Positions 23,266 through 34,850 of a stretch of 64,000 nucleotides of DNA are shown piece by piece. Under the pieces are notes generated by a model. The model saw only the letters and a program-made list of their open reading frames with translations, searched no databases and was not told where the DNA came from. A program made the position numbers and the translations under genes. The DNA comes from Hydrolagus affinis (taxonomy: Eukaryota), in NCBI GenBank assembly GCA_012026655.1, contig JAAILG010000939.1:1-64000 (forward strand), written 5' to 3'. The stretch's first letter is position 1; each line of letters starts with the position of its first letter.

Positions 23266-25395
23266 TAGAACATAAGAACATAAGAATTAGGAGCAGGAGT
23301 AGGCCATTCGGCCTTTCGAACCTGCTCCGCCATTTAACAAGATCACGGCTGATCTTCTCACCTAACTTTGATTACCTGCTATTTGATATTACTCCATATC
23401 CCCTAATCCCTCTATTTTTCAAAAATCTATCAGTCTCAGCCTTGAAAATGTTTAAGGACTGAGCATCTACAGCCTTCTGGGGTAGTGAATTCCATAAATT
23501 CACTACCCTCTGAGTGAAGAAATGTTTCCTCAACTCTGTTCTAAAAGGCTGACCCTTGATTTTAAGACTGTGACCCCTGGTTATAGATTCTCCTACCAGG
23601 GGAAACGTCCCTCAGTGTCTACTTTATCTAGCCCTTTAAGAATCTTATATGTTTCAATAAGATCCCCCCTAATTCTTCTGTACTCTAGAGAATACAGCCC
23701 TAGTTTATTCAACCTATCCTCACAGGTCAGTCCCCTCATCCCAGGAACTAACTTAGTGAATCTACGCTGCACCCCCTCTAAGGCAAGTATGTCCTTTTTA
23801 AAATAAGGAGACCAAAACTGCACACAATACTCTAGGTGCGATCTCACCAGAGCCCTATACAGATGCAGCAAGACTTCCCTACTCTTATACTCTAAACCTT
23901 TTGAAATGAACGCTAGCATGCCATTCGCCTTCTTAGTTGCTTGCTGCACCTGCAAACTAACGTTTTGGGACTGGTGTACAAGGACACCCAAATCCCTTTG
24001 AATACTAACACTATCTAACTTCTCCCCCTCTAGAAAATAATCTATTCTTTTATTCTTGCTACCTAGGTGAATAATTTCACACTTGCTAACAATGAATTCC
24101 ATCTGCCACCTACTTGCCCACTCCGCTAGCCTATCTATATCTTGTTGCAATCTTTTTGCATCATCCTCAGAGCTCACTCTGCTACCTAGTTTAGTGTCAT
24201 CCGCGAATTTAGTAACGTTACATTCAATGTTCTCATCTAGATCATTGACGTAAATAGCTGAGGCCCAAGCACTGATCCTTGTGGCACTCCACTAGTTACA
24301 TCCTGCCAATTCGAGAATGATCCGTTTATCGCTACTCTCTGCTTTCTACCCGATAGCCACTCTTCTATCCATGTTAATATTTTCCCATTAATCCCGTGGG
24401 CCTTAATCTTGAGTAACAACGTTTTGTGTGGCACCTTGTCAAATGCCTTCCTAAAATCCAAATATATCACATCTACTGGTTCTTCCCCCTTATCCAACCT
24501 GCTGGATACATCCTCAAAAAATTCCAAAAGATTAGTCAAGCATGACTTCCCTTTTGTAAAGCCATGTTGCNNNNNNNNNNNNNNNNNNNNNNNNNNNNNN
24601 NNNNNNNNNNNNNNNNNNNNNNNNNNNNNNNNNNNNNNNNNNNNNNNNNNNNNNNNNNNNNNNNNNNNNNCCCTACAACTGACGTCAGACTAACTGGTCT
24701 ATAGTTTCCCATATTTTCTCTCCCACCCTTCTTAAATAGTGGAGTTACGTTTGCAATCTTCCAATCAATGGGGACTTTTCCAGTATCCACAGAATTTTGG
24801 AAGACTATAGACATGCCATCCACTATCTCAGTAGCCACCTCTTTTAAAACTCTAGGATGCAGGCCATCCGGTCCAGGGGATTTATCAGTTTTAAGACCCG
24901 ACAATTTACCTAGAACCATCTCTTTACTAATATTAATCTCCCTAAGTTGCTTGCTAGCATTGTCTTTTTGTTTCCCCTTTATTTTGGGTATGTTTACAGT
25001 GTCTTCTACAGTGAAGACTGTAGAAAAATATTTGTTTAATGACTCTGCCATGTCTTTGTCCCCTATTATAATTCCTCCGGTCTCTGCCTGTAATGGACCC
25101 ACATTCACCCTCGCTAGCCTTTTCCTCTTTATATATTTATAAAAACTCTTGCAGTCTGTTTTTATTTTCTTTGCTAGTTTGCCTTCATAATCTATTTTCT
25201 CCCTCTTGATCAATTTTTTGGTCCTCCTCTGTTGTTCCCTAAAGTTCTCCCAATCCTCGGGTTTACTACTCATCTTCGCTGTTTTATAGGCTTTTTCTTT
25301 TGATTTGATACTTTCCCTAACTGCACTAGTTAGCCACGGCTGAACCATCTTTCCCATGGCATTCTTATTCCTCAAAGGAATATGTGCTCGTTGGG
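23266..25395 (-). mobile_element. Young 5'-truncated CR1 LINE (ORF2 RT, C-terminus and 3'UTR)
   Basis: KSPGPDGLHPRVLKE, NYRPVSLTSVVG, QHGFTKGKSCLTNLLEFF, YLDFRKAFDKVPH, GVPQGSVLGPQLF, KFADDTKL, LEYCVQFWSP; (TTCTTATG)n tail at ~23266-23288; few frameshifts. Confidence 0.97.
24571..24670. other. Assembly gap (100 N)
   Basis: Run of 100 N inside the CR1 copy. Confidence 1.
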
Positions 25396-27599
25396 AATTT
25401 AATGTTGATAGAGTGTTTGTGGATAGCAAATTAAGAAATCTAGATTCTGTAACAAAGTAGCAAAATAAGATATTACATTTGTCTAAATAAACCACTGTTT
25501 CACAACCTCCAAATATGGCTAGTAGAAGAATTATGGTAAGAATCAAAGGCTGAGCTGGAAAAGTATTCCGAAGTTTAAGGAACAAATTTCCAAGTGAGTC
25601 TTTCATTCCACCCATGATCCAAGAACAAAAACTTCTGGTACGGTTTAAGTCAGCTGTACAGTATTCATAACAGCGTCATACTGACTGTGTTTTGGGTAAA
25701 CATCATGATTGTTGGCTTTAACTTTGTAACCACGGACTGGCTGAAGGGAAGAATTCCGGCACCGAGAAGCAGATATTGTTGACACCTAATTTATCAGATT
25801 TAATTTATTACAACTACTGTTGAGAGCAGGAGTTCAGATGTTAATTCTTACATTAGTATTTACGAGGCTGCTGATAGCCTGACCAGAAGTCACTGACATC
25901 TTGCTAATTGAACATACAGTTACAGCTGACAAAGACATATAGAAGCAGATTTAAAAGCACTCACTTGGAGCTGACAGAACCTCTTAAATTGTAGAACCTT
26001 CTAACCTTCCTAGTCAAGTCAATTCAAGATTTGCAAGGTTCAGCTTGAGGCAAAAAAAATTCAGTTTAGCTTGCCAATGTGAGCCAAAAAAATTGTTAAT
26101 TTAAAAAAAGCCAAATTATATTTCAGAACTATTTACCAATATTTTTAATCAAAGTTGCCTGAATATTTGAATAGTCAAAGTATGTATTAAAATTATGGGA
26201 ATGATTTTCCTCCATGAGAATTTTAATTCTGACTTGCCACAACGTGAGAAATGTCAGTCCAGGCATTACATGGTTTTGGTTGTATTTACATTCATTCTGC
26301 AAATTTTGACAAAGGTTTAACACGGAGGTAATTATTTTAAATCAGTGAAGCAAAACCAGCAATTGAGATAGTTAGTGGGAGGACAGAGGCGGTTTCAATT
26401 ACAATAGGCATATTACACAATCCAAATATATACGAGGTACACAATTGGAGTTATAAATCATGTTCAGATCAGAACTCAATCTATGTCCGCAAAGCTGCTA
26501 CTGCACAAAGAGGAAGCTGGCAATTGCAGCAGTGATTGCCCGATTGGAGAGGAATCAGTTGAAAGGAAGATGCAAGTAGACAACAGGATACAGTTCACCT
26601 TGAAGAATGTCTAAGCTTATTAGAAAAGAACTGCATTTTGGAGGTGTGGGCTCTCCAGGGAGGCTTTAACAGAGATATTTTCAAAAATAGAAACCGATCT
26701 AAAGATTCACCACTGACTCCAACTACTGACGGTGACTGACAGCAGCCATTCATTCCCTGGGCTCAATCTAAACAGTACAAGGTGATTTCTCTGCCATTAT
26801 ACAAAATACCATCTCAACCAGTTTTCAAGCAATGATTGGTCCACTGTTCCAGACCACTTCCAGTTTAATTCACATTCACACAATTGCAAGAATTTTATGT
26901 AGTTGCTGACATTTTCAGAATGAAGAGACAGGAACCAACATATATTCTGATGATGCAGATCAATCCTATTGCAATTAATTCCCTCAATATTTGTGTAGTC
27001 TGCAAACTTCCAAATGAATGACCATTAACTGAGGTTCATTTCTTGAACCTTATCTAGTCTATTCAGGGTTGTTTGTGCTGGATAAATAACTGCAGCCATG
27101 GCCTTTGGGCATAGTTTGGGTCAGAAATCACAATCAACAATTCTATCATATAACCCAGCAAAGCATAGGTACAATTTTGCATACAACGTGAAGCGGATAT
27201 AGCGATATGAAAATATTATTTGTTTTCAATCAAAATTTTTGAATCTGGAATGCCTTTAATGGAGTGTGAGTTGATGTTTGGTTGATATTTGTGTATGCTC
27301 AGTACCCACTTCCTTGAAATTGCCCCACCCTGGTTTCCGAAAACCTCATTTTAATTCATTGCTTGTTAAGAGATTGACATTAATTTTTTCATATTTTCTG
27401 CTCATTTCACATGAATTTATACTTAGCCTTAGGATAACCAATACGTTGGCAAGAGTGAACAGGTGAGCCACTTATTTCTATGCTGTACATTCATTCAGCA
27501 TGCTGCTAGCCAAACCATTGAATAATAATCCTTGCACTTGTTCTTGTATTACCACTCACCTTTACAAGATAAATCTGCAATCCAGCACCTGCCAAGTTA

Positions 27600-27704
27600 T
27601 ATAAAGGTCAGACTTCAGATAGATCATTCAGTTTCCAAAATCGTTTCCTAGCAACCTTGTTTACTTTAGTTTGTATTTCAATCATTTGTGTAAACAAGGT
27701 AAGT
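27600..27704 (+). promoter_or_regulatory. Candidate core promoter plus non-coding first exon (TATA, Inr, RFX X-box, two FOX sites, GT donor)
   Basis: TATAAAG 27600-06; TCAGTTT with A at 27630; GTTTCCTAGCAAC 27643-55; TGTTTAC 27658-64; GTAAACA 27690-96; AAG|GTAAGT at 27698/27699. Confidence 0.4.
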
Positions 27705-28234
27705 TCTTGGATTTAGTTGCTTTATTTTTGTATGATATAGCAAATACAAAAAGCAAATATAGCAGGCACAGCTGCCTTCTAAAGTGATGATGGATAGCAT
27801 CAGTGACTGAACACAACATCTGAAAACATCACATTACCATCAGGGTGACTTGAATGTCCAGATGAAGAAGTAGGAAAGTTCGGTGAGCACATAACATCAT
27901 AGATACAACGGAACAATTAACTCCATATTCTGCAGGTCAAACAGAAAGGAAAATAACATAGTCTGACAGAGGTCTTCACAGATTATAAGGATAGATTTTC
28001 TTTAATAATTCAAAGGCATAAAGATCATGCGTGAATTATAAAATATGTAAAACGTCAATTGCATTACTGTTGGGAAATGAAAAGCTATGCAACAAAATGA
28101 TGAATTCAACAACAATTTACATTTATACATCATCTGTCAGAAGCACATCTCAAAGTACTCACAACACAGTAAAATTTAAACTTTGAGTATATGATGCCTA
28201 ACCTGAACTGATTTAGTGATATAGTCCAGTATCC

Positions 28235-28370
28235 TGTTTACCTTGCTTATTGCTGCCTTTACTGATTTCACAGTTCCCCCAACTTGGTATCATCTGCAAA
28301 TTTAACGATTTTGCACTAGGTCTACAACCAAATTGGTAACCTTCAATGGTTACTGGACAATAGGTATCAT
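28235..28370 (-). mobile_element. Old CR1 RT fragment
   Basis: Minus strand AAATTTGCAGATGATACCAAGTTGGGGG = KFADDTKLG. Confidence 0.7.
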
Positions 28371-28494
28371 AGAGACCATAATCTGGAACAATAGGAATTA
28401 ATGTATCAGTGATTCACCAAAAACCCCAAAGTACTTATGGAACCACACACAAGCAAAAGCCGTTTGGCTTCCGAAACAAGCATAAGTGGGAATA

Positions 28495-28971
28495 CAGGTA
28501 GACCCCGCTTTAACATCATAGTTTGGTTCTTGAAAAGTGCAACTTTAGGCGAAACGGCGTTAAGCAAATACATTTTTCCCATAAGAATGGATGTAAAAAC
28601 TGGAGTTAGGTTCTTTTGGACATTTTTCCTCAAAATTTTCTAAAAATGACATTATACTTGCTCCCTGACTGCCTGCCCAGCTCACTCATTCGCTCCCTGA
28701 CTGCCTGGCTCACTCACTAGCTGCTGGTCTCACTCGCTGCCGGCCTGGCTGGTCTCACTCGCTGCCGGTCTAACTCGTTTCTGGCTGGCTCGTTCTCTCG
28801 CTGCGAGCCTGGCTCACTCCCAAGACCTAGCACCATCGTGCCCCCTTTCCACCCACTGGCGAACGACCTAATAGTGAACGTTGCAACGTTAAATGAATAT
28901 ATGTTCCCAATGTATCAACAACGTAATAACAAAAAATGTTAACCGAGGCGACGTTAAGCGAGGTCTACCTG
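28495..28971. mobile_element. Non-autonomous Tigger-like DNA transposon with internal minisatellite
   Basis: TA|CAGGTAGACCCCGCTT ... AAGCGAGGTCTACCTG|TA; TA TSD; degenerate CTCACTCGCTGCC-type array at ~28660-28820. Confidence 0.88.
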
Positions 28972-29829
28972 TATATGGTAGCCAGAGGTGCAAACAAAAT
29001 ATCATATGGTGATAAAACATTCAAAACTAATATAATAATTAAATGCACAGAAATACTTTGTCTACAAACCCTACTGATGTAAAGATGTGTCAAATTTAAA
29101 TTTATTAAACTGAAAAGTAATAAGTCAGTAGAAAAACAAAAATCTGTGCCAAACGTATTTCAGGTATCAAGTTACAAGAATAGTGAAAAGCAGCTTATCC
29201 TCATTTTTCTGAAGGTAGATGCTAAACGATCCCTTCTAAATTAAGGAAAAATATATTTTTCATGATGTGATTTCGTAATGTTATATTTTATATTTTACTA
29301 ATCTGAAAAAAATACACATTTTACTGGTATTTTGAACATTTATGCCAGAGATGATTTTACATATATGTTCAAGCGTATCAGCCATAACTTTAGCATTCAG
29401 TGAACACATTAATTAGTGCTGATCAGTAAAAATTAAATAAAGTTAATCTTGAGGAATAAACATTTCATGTTTTCTTCATATTATTAGTTTGTGCCAACAG
29501 AGGAATATAAGTGAAGAGCCAGACCATTTTCATATTTTCATTATTAACTCAAACCCACATCTTTATGGAATGTATTATGTAATTAGGGATAGCATGTTAA
29601 TTGTGCTGCTAATTACAATAAATTTGCATATAGAAATAAAACACTAATTATATAATGTGTAAATTTAGTAATTAGTAACTAGACTTTCCTTCATTACTCC
29701 AAAAGCATAAATGCAAGTTAGTGAGGATATTTTTTATGTGGTTAATTTTATCTCAAAGTACAATTAGAAAAGAACAAATAACAATTGTTTCACCAACAGC
29801 TATGAATATGAAGAGAGTGATCAATTTAT

Positions 29830-30035
29830 ATGAAAGGTTGTTGGGAAGTTCACTGGGAGAATCTCCCTTCCCAAACAACACGATGGAATTTTTAACACCT
29901 ACCTGAATAAGCAGATGATACCTCGGTTGAGTGTCTCAACCAAAGGATGGCACCTCCAATAATGCTATTTATAGACTCTATAATTCACAATTTTCTGAAC
30001 TAAAGGCAAGAGTGCTTCCAACTGAGCTGAAATGA
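29830..30035 (-). mobile_element. Deu-domain SINE fragment
   Basis: CCTCGGTTGAGTGTCTCA..AAGGATGGCACCTCC and CCAACTGAGC (reverse complement of Deu core and head). Confidence 0.6.
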
Positions 30036-30659
30036 CACGACCAGTCAAGCAGGTACATCATTAGATGATAGGAAAGTAAATGCACTTGAATGATGACCTC
30101 TGCTGGGCTGAATAGCTTTTCTCTCACTCCAAGCTTTTTTAAAAAATTGAAAAAAAATTTACAAAATGGGAAATTGGAAAAGATTTTAAATCATTTTGTG
30201 AGAGCTTACTCATTAAGCTTGCCTCAATGTTTCCAGAGTACAAATGACAAAAAAGTGCATCCAAAATGGTATCCTCCCCTACAATTTATAACTAAAATGA
30301 ACATAGAGGGAGAATAGATCTAAATATAATTGCTTTTGTTATTTTATTTTTAAGCAGTACTTCTAAAGTACGACAGACAGGGTAAAATGGAGGACAGATG
30401 GATGAATTAATGCAATGTTTAAATAATACACACCACAATAACAAATTATTGAATCAATTAACATCGTATAAAAATCTGAACTAGTAAAGCTTGTTTCCTT
30501 AACACCATAGTACAATAAACCACTTTGTTTCTTTAAATGTTGTCAATAATTTCAACACTCTTCCCATAAATATGTACTCAATGGAAATTGGCTGTTTTCA
30601 GTGTTTTCTAGTCAGCACAGGCTTCCTATTGTATGATCTCAGAAGCTGACCTTGAGACC

Positions 30660-30920
30660 AGATAATTTTAAATGGGTCTTCGGAAGCAGAATGATTCACT
30701 GGAAACGTCTTGTTATTTTTTGCCTTGTTGAAAGTGAGGTAGACGTTTATTTGGGGGAGGACGAGTTTGTGCAGTTATGGGGAGAGAGCTGGGAAGTGGG
30801 ATTGAGTTGCTCTTTTCAAAGAGCTGGCACAGACTCGATGGGCCAAATGGCCTACTATTGTGCCATAAGATTCTATGTGAATGTATGTGAATTCCTGGAA
30901 CTGGCATTGCAGTGAAGCAG
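30660..30920 (+). mobile_element. CR1 3' end (rearranged)
   Basis: ATGGGGAGAGAGC...CAAAGAGCTGGCACAGACTCGATGGGCCAAATGGCCT...GATTCTATG tail. Confidence 0.8.
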
Positions 30921-31186
30921 GTTTCAGGTTGCATGAATCGGGAACCAGTTTACTTGTACATGAATCTCATTTTATATACATTCCAAGTACAGCCAAGCAA
31001 ATTTAGGGATGTGGGTACTCTATCACAGATGTCAAAACAAATGGGCAAATTCAGTTATTAAAAATGAACTTCAGGTGAAAATTGCTTTTTACCAATTTAC
31101 TTTCACCAAAACAAGATGAATCTCTCATTGAAAATCAGTAAAAAAAAAAAAAAAAATGATTTTAATAGTCCTTCTCACTGGCTATT

Positions 31187-31470
31187 CATAGAATCATAGA
31201 GTCTTACGTCACAATAGGAGGCCATTTGGCCCATTGAGTCTGTGCCGGCTCTTTGAAAAGAGCAACTCAATCCCACTCCTCAGCTCTCTCCCCATAACTG
31301 CACAAACCCGTCCTCCCAAAATAAATGTCTACCTCTCTTTTAACGGCAAAAGATAACAATACGTTTCCAATGTATCATTCTGCTTCTGAATACCCATTTA
31401 AAATTATCATTGCTTCACTGCAATGCCAGTTCCAGGAATTCACATATCTGTGTTTGTGAGATCATACAAA
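31187..31470 (-). mobile_element. CR1 3' end, inverted relative to the 30660 copy
   Basis: CATAGAATCATAG tail; GGCCATTTGGCCCAT; high similarity to the reverse complement of 30660-30880. Confidence 0.82.
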
Positions 31471-32394
31471 CAGATTAAATTGATACAGGAATGCACGCCT
31501 ATCTTACTGTATGTGCCATGAAGCCAATGCTGTATTTATTAAATTTACTTGAGTGGGGGGTTTCCCCACCTCACATTTTTTGGGGGCAGAAAATCCTAGA
31601 AAATACCAGTTATTTTATTTTGTGGATAAAAACTAACTTCAATGATCCTTATCCTTGGGATATGAGCTATGTTGCTGAGTAGGATGCTTACATAAAATGC
31701 TGGAAATGATGGGTCGGTTCTTGACTTATTGAGCATCTGCTGAATCTATGTTCAGCATTTATTGAAGCATCAGTTATCATAAATTTACATTGATGACCCT
31801 CTTTCAATTATAGACTATAGCTTGGGATATTGCTCTCAATTTAACATTTGTTTTGGTCTCTGATCTTGGTTCAAATGTCTAATTATGTTTAATATTTTGA
31901 AATAATATCAAAAAACAATAATATTTTTATTTTTGACAAGTTGTATCAATTTGGATACCAGATCATTTTGGATATAGTTCCATTCAAACAAATTCTCGTT
32001 TAATAAAATATTTTAAACTAATCTTCACACCAACTAAATTATGATCTTAATCCTGATGGCACATCATATTATTTTACCACCATAAATAATTGACTCTTCC
32101 CTCTTCTTATACAGGAGACCAATGCTTATTTGTGTATATTTGCATCTATTTATCTCCACAATAAATAAAAATGCTGTTAGATTATCCTTTTGCCAACTAT
32201 TCTGCAGGTGTCGTCACCTACTCTTCCAAAACACGTCTAAATGAGCAGTTCTTTCGAGGTATATTTGTATATGATTTGAATATGGTCAAAACTGTTCAAT
32301 ATTGGAAACCGAGACATTATATTGCAATTCCCAGCATCACAATAATACTGAATTACTGTACAACAACTTGCATTTATAAAGGAACATTCACATT

Positions 32395-33092
32395 CCTATT
32401 TCCACCTGCGCAACATTGCCAGGCTCCGCAACTATCTCACTCCCCACGCTGCCGAAACACTTGTGCACGCGTACATCACCTCACGGCTGTACTATGGGAA
32501 CTCTCTCCTTGTCGGCCTCCCCAGCTCCCCCATTCACAGGCTGCAGATCATCCAAAACTCTGCAGCCCGTCTACTGTCCCGCACCCGCCTCCGCGACCAC
32601 ATAACCCCCACCCTCGCCCGTCTCCATTGGCTCCCCATCCCCCAGAGGATCGAGTTCAAGATCCTCGTCCTCACCTTCAAGGCCTTACATGGCCTTGCCC
32701 CACCCTATCTTTCCGACCTACTCTCCCCCTACAAGCCCACCTGGACCCTCCATTCAGCAGGACTTGGCTTGCTCCAAACCCCCCGCCCGAACCGCCCCAC
32801 CATCGGAGGCCGGGCCTTCAGCTTTTCTGCTCCCACCCTTTGGAACTCCATCCCCCAATCCTGCCGCCTTGTTTCCTCCCTTTCCTCTTTCAAGGCCGGT
32901 TTGAAGACTTTCCTTTTCGACCGTGCCTTCTGTTCCCCCCCTAATTCTTCGAACGACCTCCCCTACGTTTCTTACCCCCTCCCGAACACTCCCCTCCCAG
33001 CTCGGGTCACACGCCTCCTGTGTAGTGCCTTGGGACGTCCTCCCGACGTGAAAGGCGCTCTATAAGTGCAATTTGTTGTTGTTGTTGTTGTT
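32395..33092 (+). mobile_element. Young L2 LINE 3' end with open ORF2 C-terminus
   Basis: [52 protein letters not shown]; (TTG)n tail. Confidence 0.96.
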
Positions 33093-33379
33093 ATTGGTTA
33101 ACGTCCCAGAGCATTTTACAATGGCAGGGTCGGACACTGAGTGTCTAACTCTGTTTGGATAAGAGAGTTGACAATAGGTGCATTCAAAGAGGTATATTTT
33201 AAATTGGAACGAGTCAGGCTGGTCAGTCTATCATCATCAATGCCTTTGAGTAGTGTGGATCTGCCTGGATTAGGAACTGGACAACCAAAACCATCACAAA
33301 ACAACAGATTAGATTCCAATATTCCATTGGAGCTGACTAACGACATTTTCTGATTTCTGTTTTATATTTGTTTTAATAC

Positions 33380-33695
33380 AATAATATAATAATGCTTGCA
33401 TTTGATATAGCCCTTTTTCACATCTTCTAGACATATCAAAGCGCTTCACAGAATGTACTGTAAAGTGAATTGACTGTATATTTGTAGGCGAAACGTGGCA
33501 GTCAATTGTACACAGCAGTGACCCACAAATAGTCATGGATTGAAATGACCAATTTTATTATTGTGGTTTTCTTTGGAGGGATTATTATTAGGTGTGTGGA
33601 ATAAGGAAACTTGCACAAGGTTTGACGCTGACCTGCCTGGATTTGAACACAGATCTCACACTTGTAAGGTGAGTGCTCTAACCACTGAGCTACAT
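33380..33695 (-). mobile_element. tRNA-derived SINE, near full length
   Basis: Reverse complement of the 51229-51537 copy; head CTAACCACTGAGCTAC. Confidence 0.88.
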
Positions 33696-34387
33696 GTCAA
33701 TAAAAATGTTTGTCTTATGGTAAATAAAGCATCTATTGCAACTTCCTAAACATTGTATTGTATGCTTAATTCATGCGATTGGACAATTCATTATTGTTTC
33801 CAATAGCTAGAAGTTGGAAACAGGATATACACTTATGAGACATGCAAAACAATCTAAATAAATGATGTATTCAGAGTATAAGTATTCATTCGTTTCTTGC
33901 TTAAAATTGCTCTGCATTGCGTGTATTTTTAAATTTAATACATCAGATCAGACTCCTGTTGACCTGATGAAATTAATAATTAAATGACCATTCACACAAA
34001 ATTATGGGTAGTTGTCTTGCCGGCCCACACTTCACATTAACTAGATTGAGAAACATTTCAGTCAAGACCATTATAGCAAGCAGACTTTTATCCCATCAAC
34101 TGAAATGTAGTATCTACATTGTACCACTCACTCCACAGGTCTATTATTTGATACACTGTCTAACTTACTTTAAAATCAATATTATGGCTATCTAGTTGTT
34201 CAGCGTTTCTTCTGAGCGGAAAGCTAATTTTTTTTTTAATAACACACCAACATGGCTTTAGTACAGAGAAAAAATATTTTTCTCTACACACAAAATTTTA
34301 CCTGCAGAATTTAAAATTTGCAGATATACTTTATTTGCAGTGAAGATAGGACAAATTAAACCTTGAAAAAGGGGATGACAATTTTTA

Positions 34388-34670
34388 CGTGGGGGATTGT
34401 TGGCCAGGACACCAGATGAAACTTCCTTCTCTTCAAATAGTGTCATGGGATCCACCTGAACATGACGTGACCACAGTTTAATGTCTCAACAACAATGAAA
34501 TGACATTTGTTTAGCACCTTTCACGTCGACAACTGATTGCACTTCCCACAATGTAGCATCGACCAGCAATGCAGTCAGACAAACTATGCAAGGTCCAAGG
34601 CCTGATGAGGGACTTGAACCTACAAACATCTGACTCAAAAGCAATAACTCATGTAGTCTAAGCTGATACA
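34388..34670 (-). mobile_element. Deu-domain SINE fragment with a short L2-tail insertion
   Basis: TTGGCCAGGACACC, AATAGTGTCATGGGATC, GGGACTTGAACC...TCTGACTCA. Confidence 0.65.
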
Positions 34671-34730
34671 GTACTATGCCTATGAAGAGATTTTAGTTAT
34701 AGTTAGTTTCCTCTCTTCTAGAATTATAAA

Positions 34731-34850
34731 AATAATAATAATAATCCTTGCATTTGATATAGTGCTTTTCACGTCTTCTAGACATCTCAAAGCGCTTCAC
34801 AGAATATACTGTAAAATTAATTGACTATTAATTTGTGGGCAAAATTGAGC
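34731..34850 (-). mobile_element. tRNA-SINE 3' fragment
   Basis: (AAT)n-CCTTGCATTTGATATAG...CAAAGCGCTTCACAGAATATACTG. Confidence 0.85.

Noticed and set aside
23593-25615. Long ORFs (194, 100 and 359 aa) as host genes
   Set aside because: They are CR1 ORF2 pieces separated by frameshifts and the N gap
32171-32944. 257-aa Pro-rich ORF
   Set aside because: Alternative frame of the C-rich L2 copy with chance read-in from the flank
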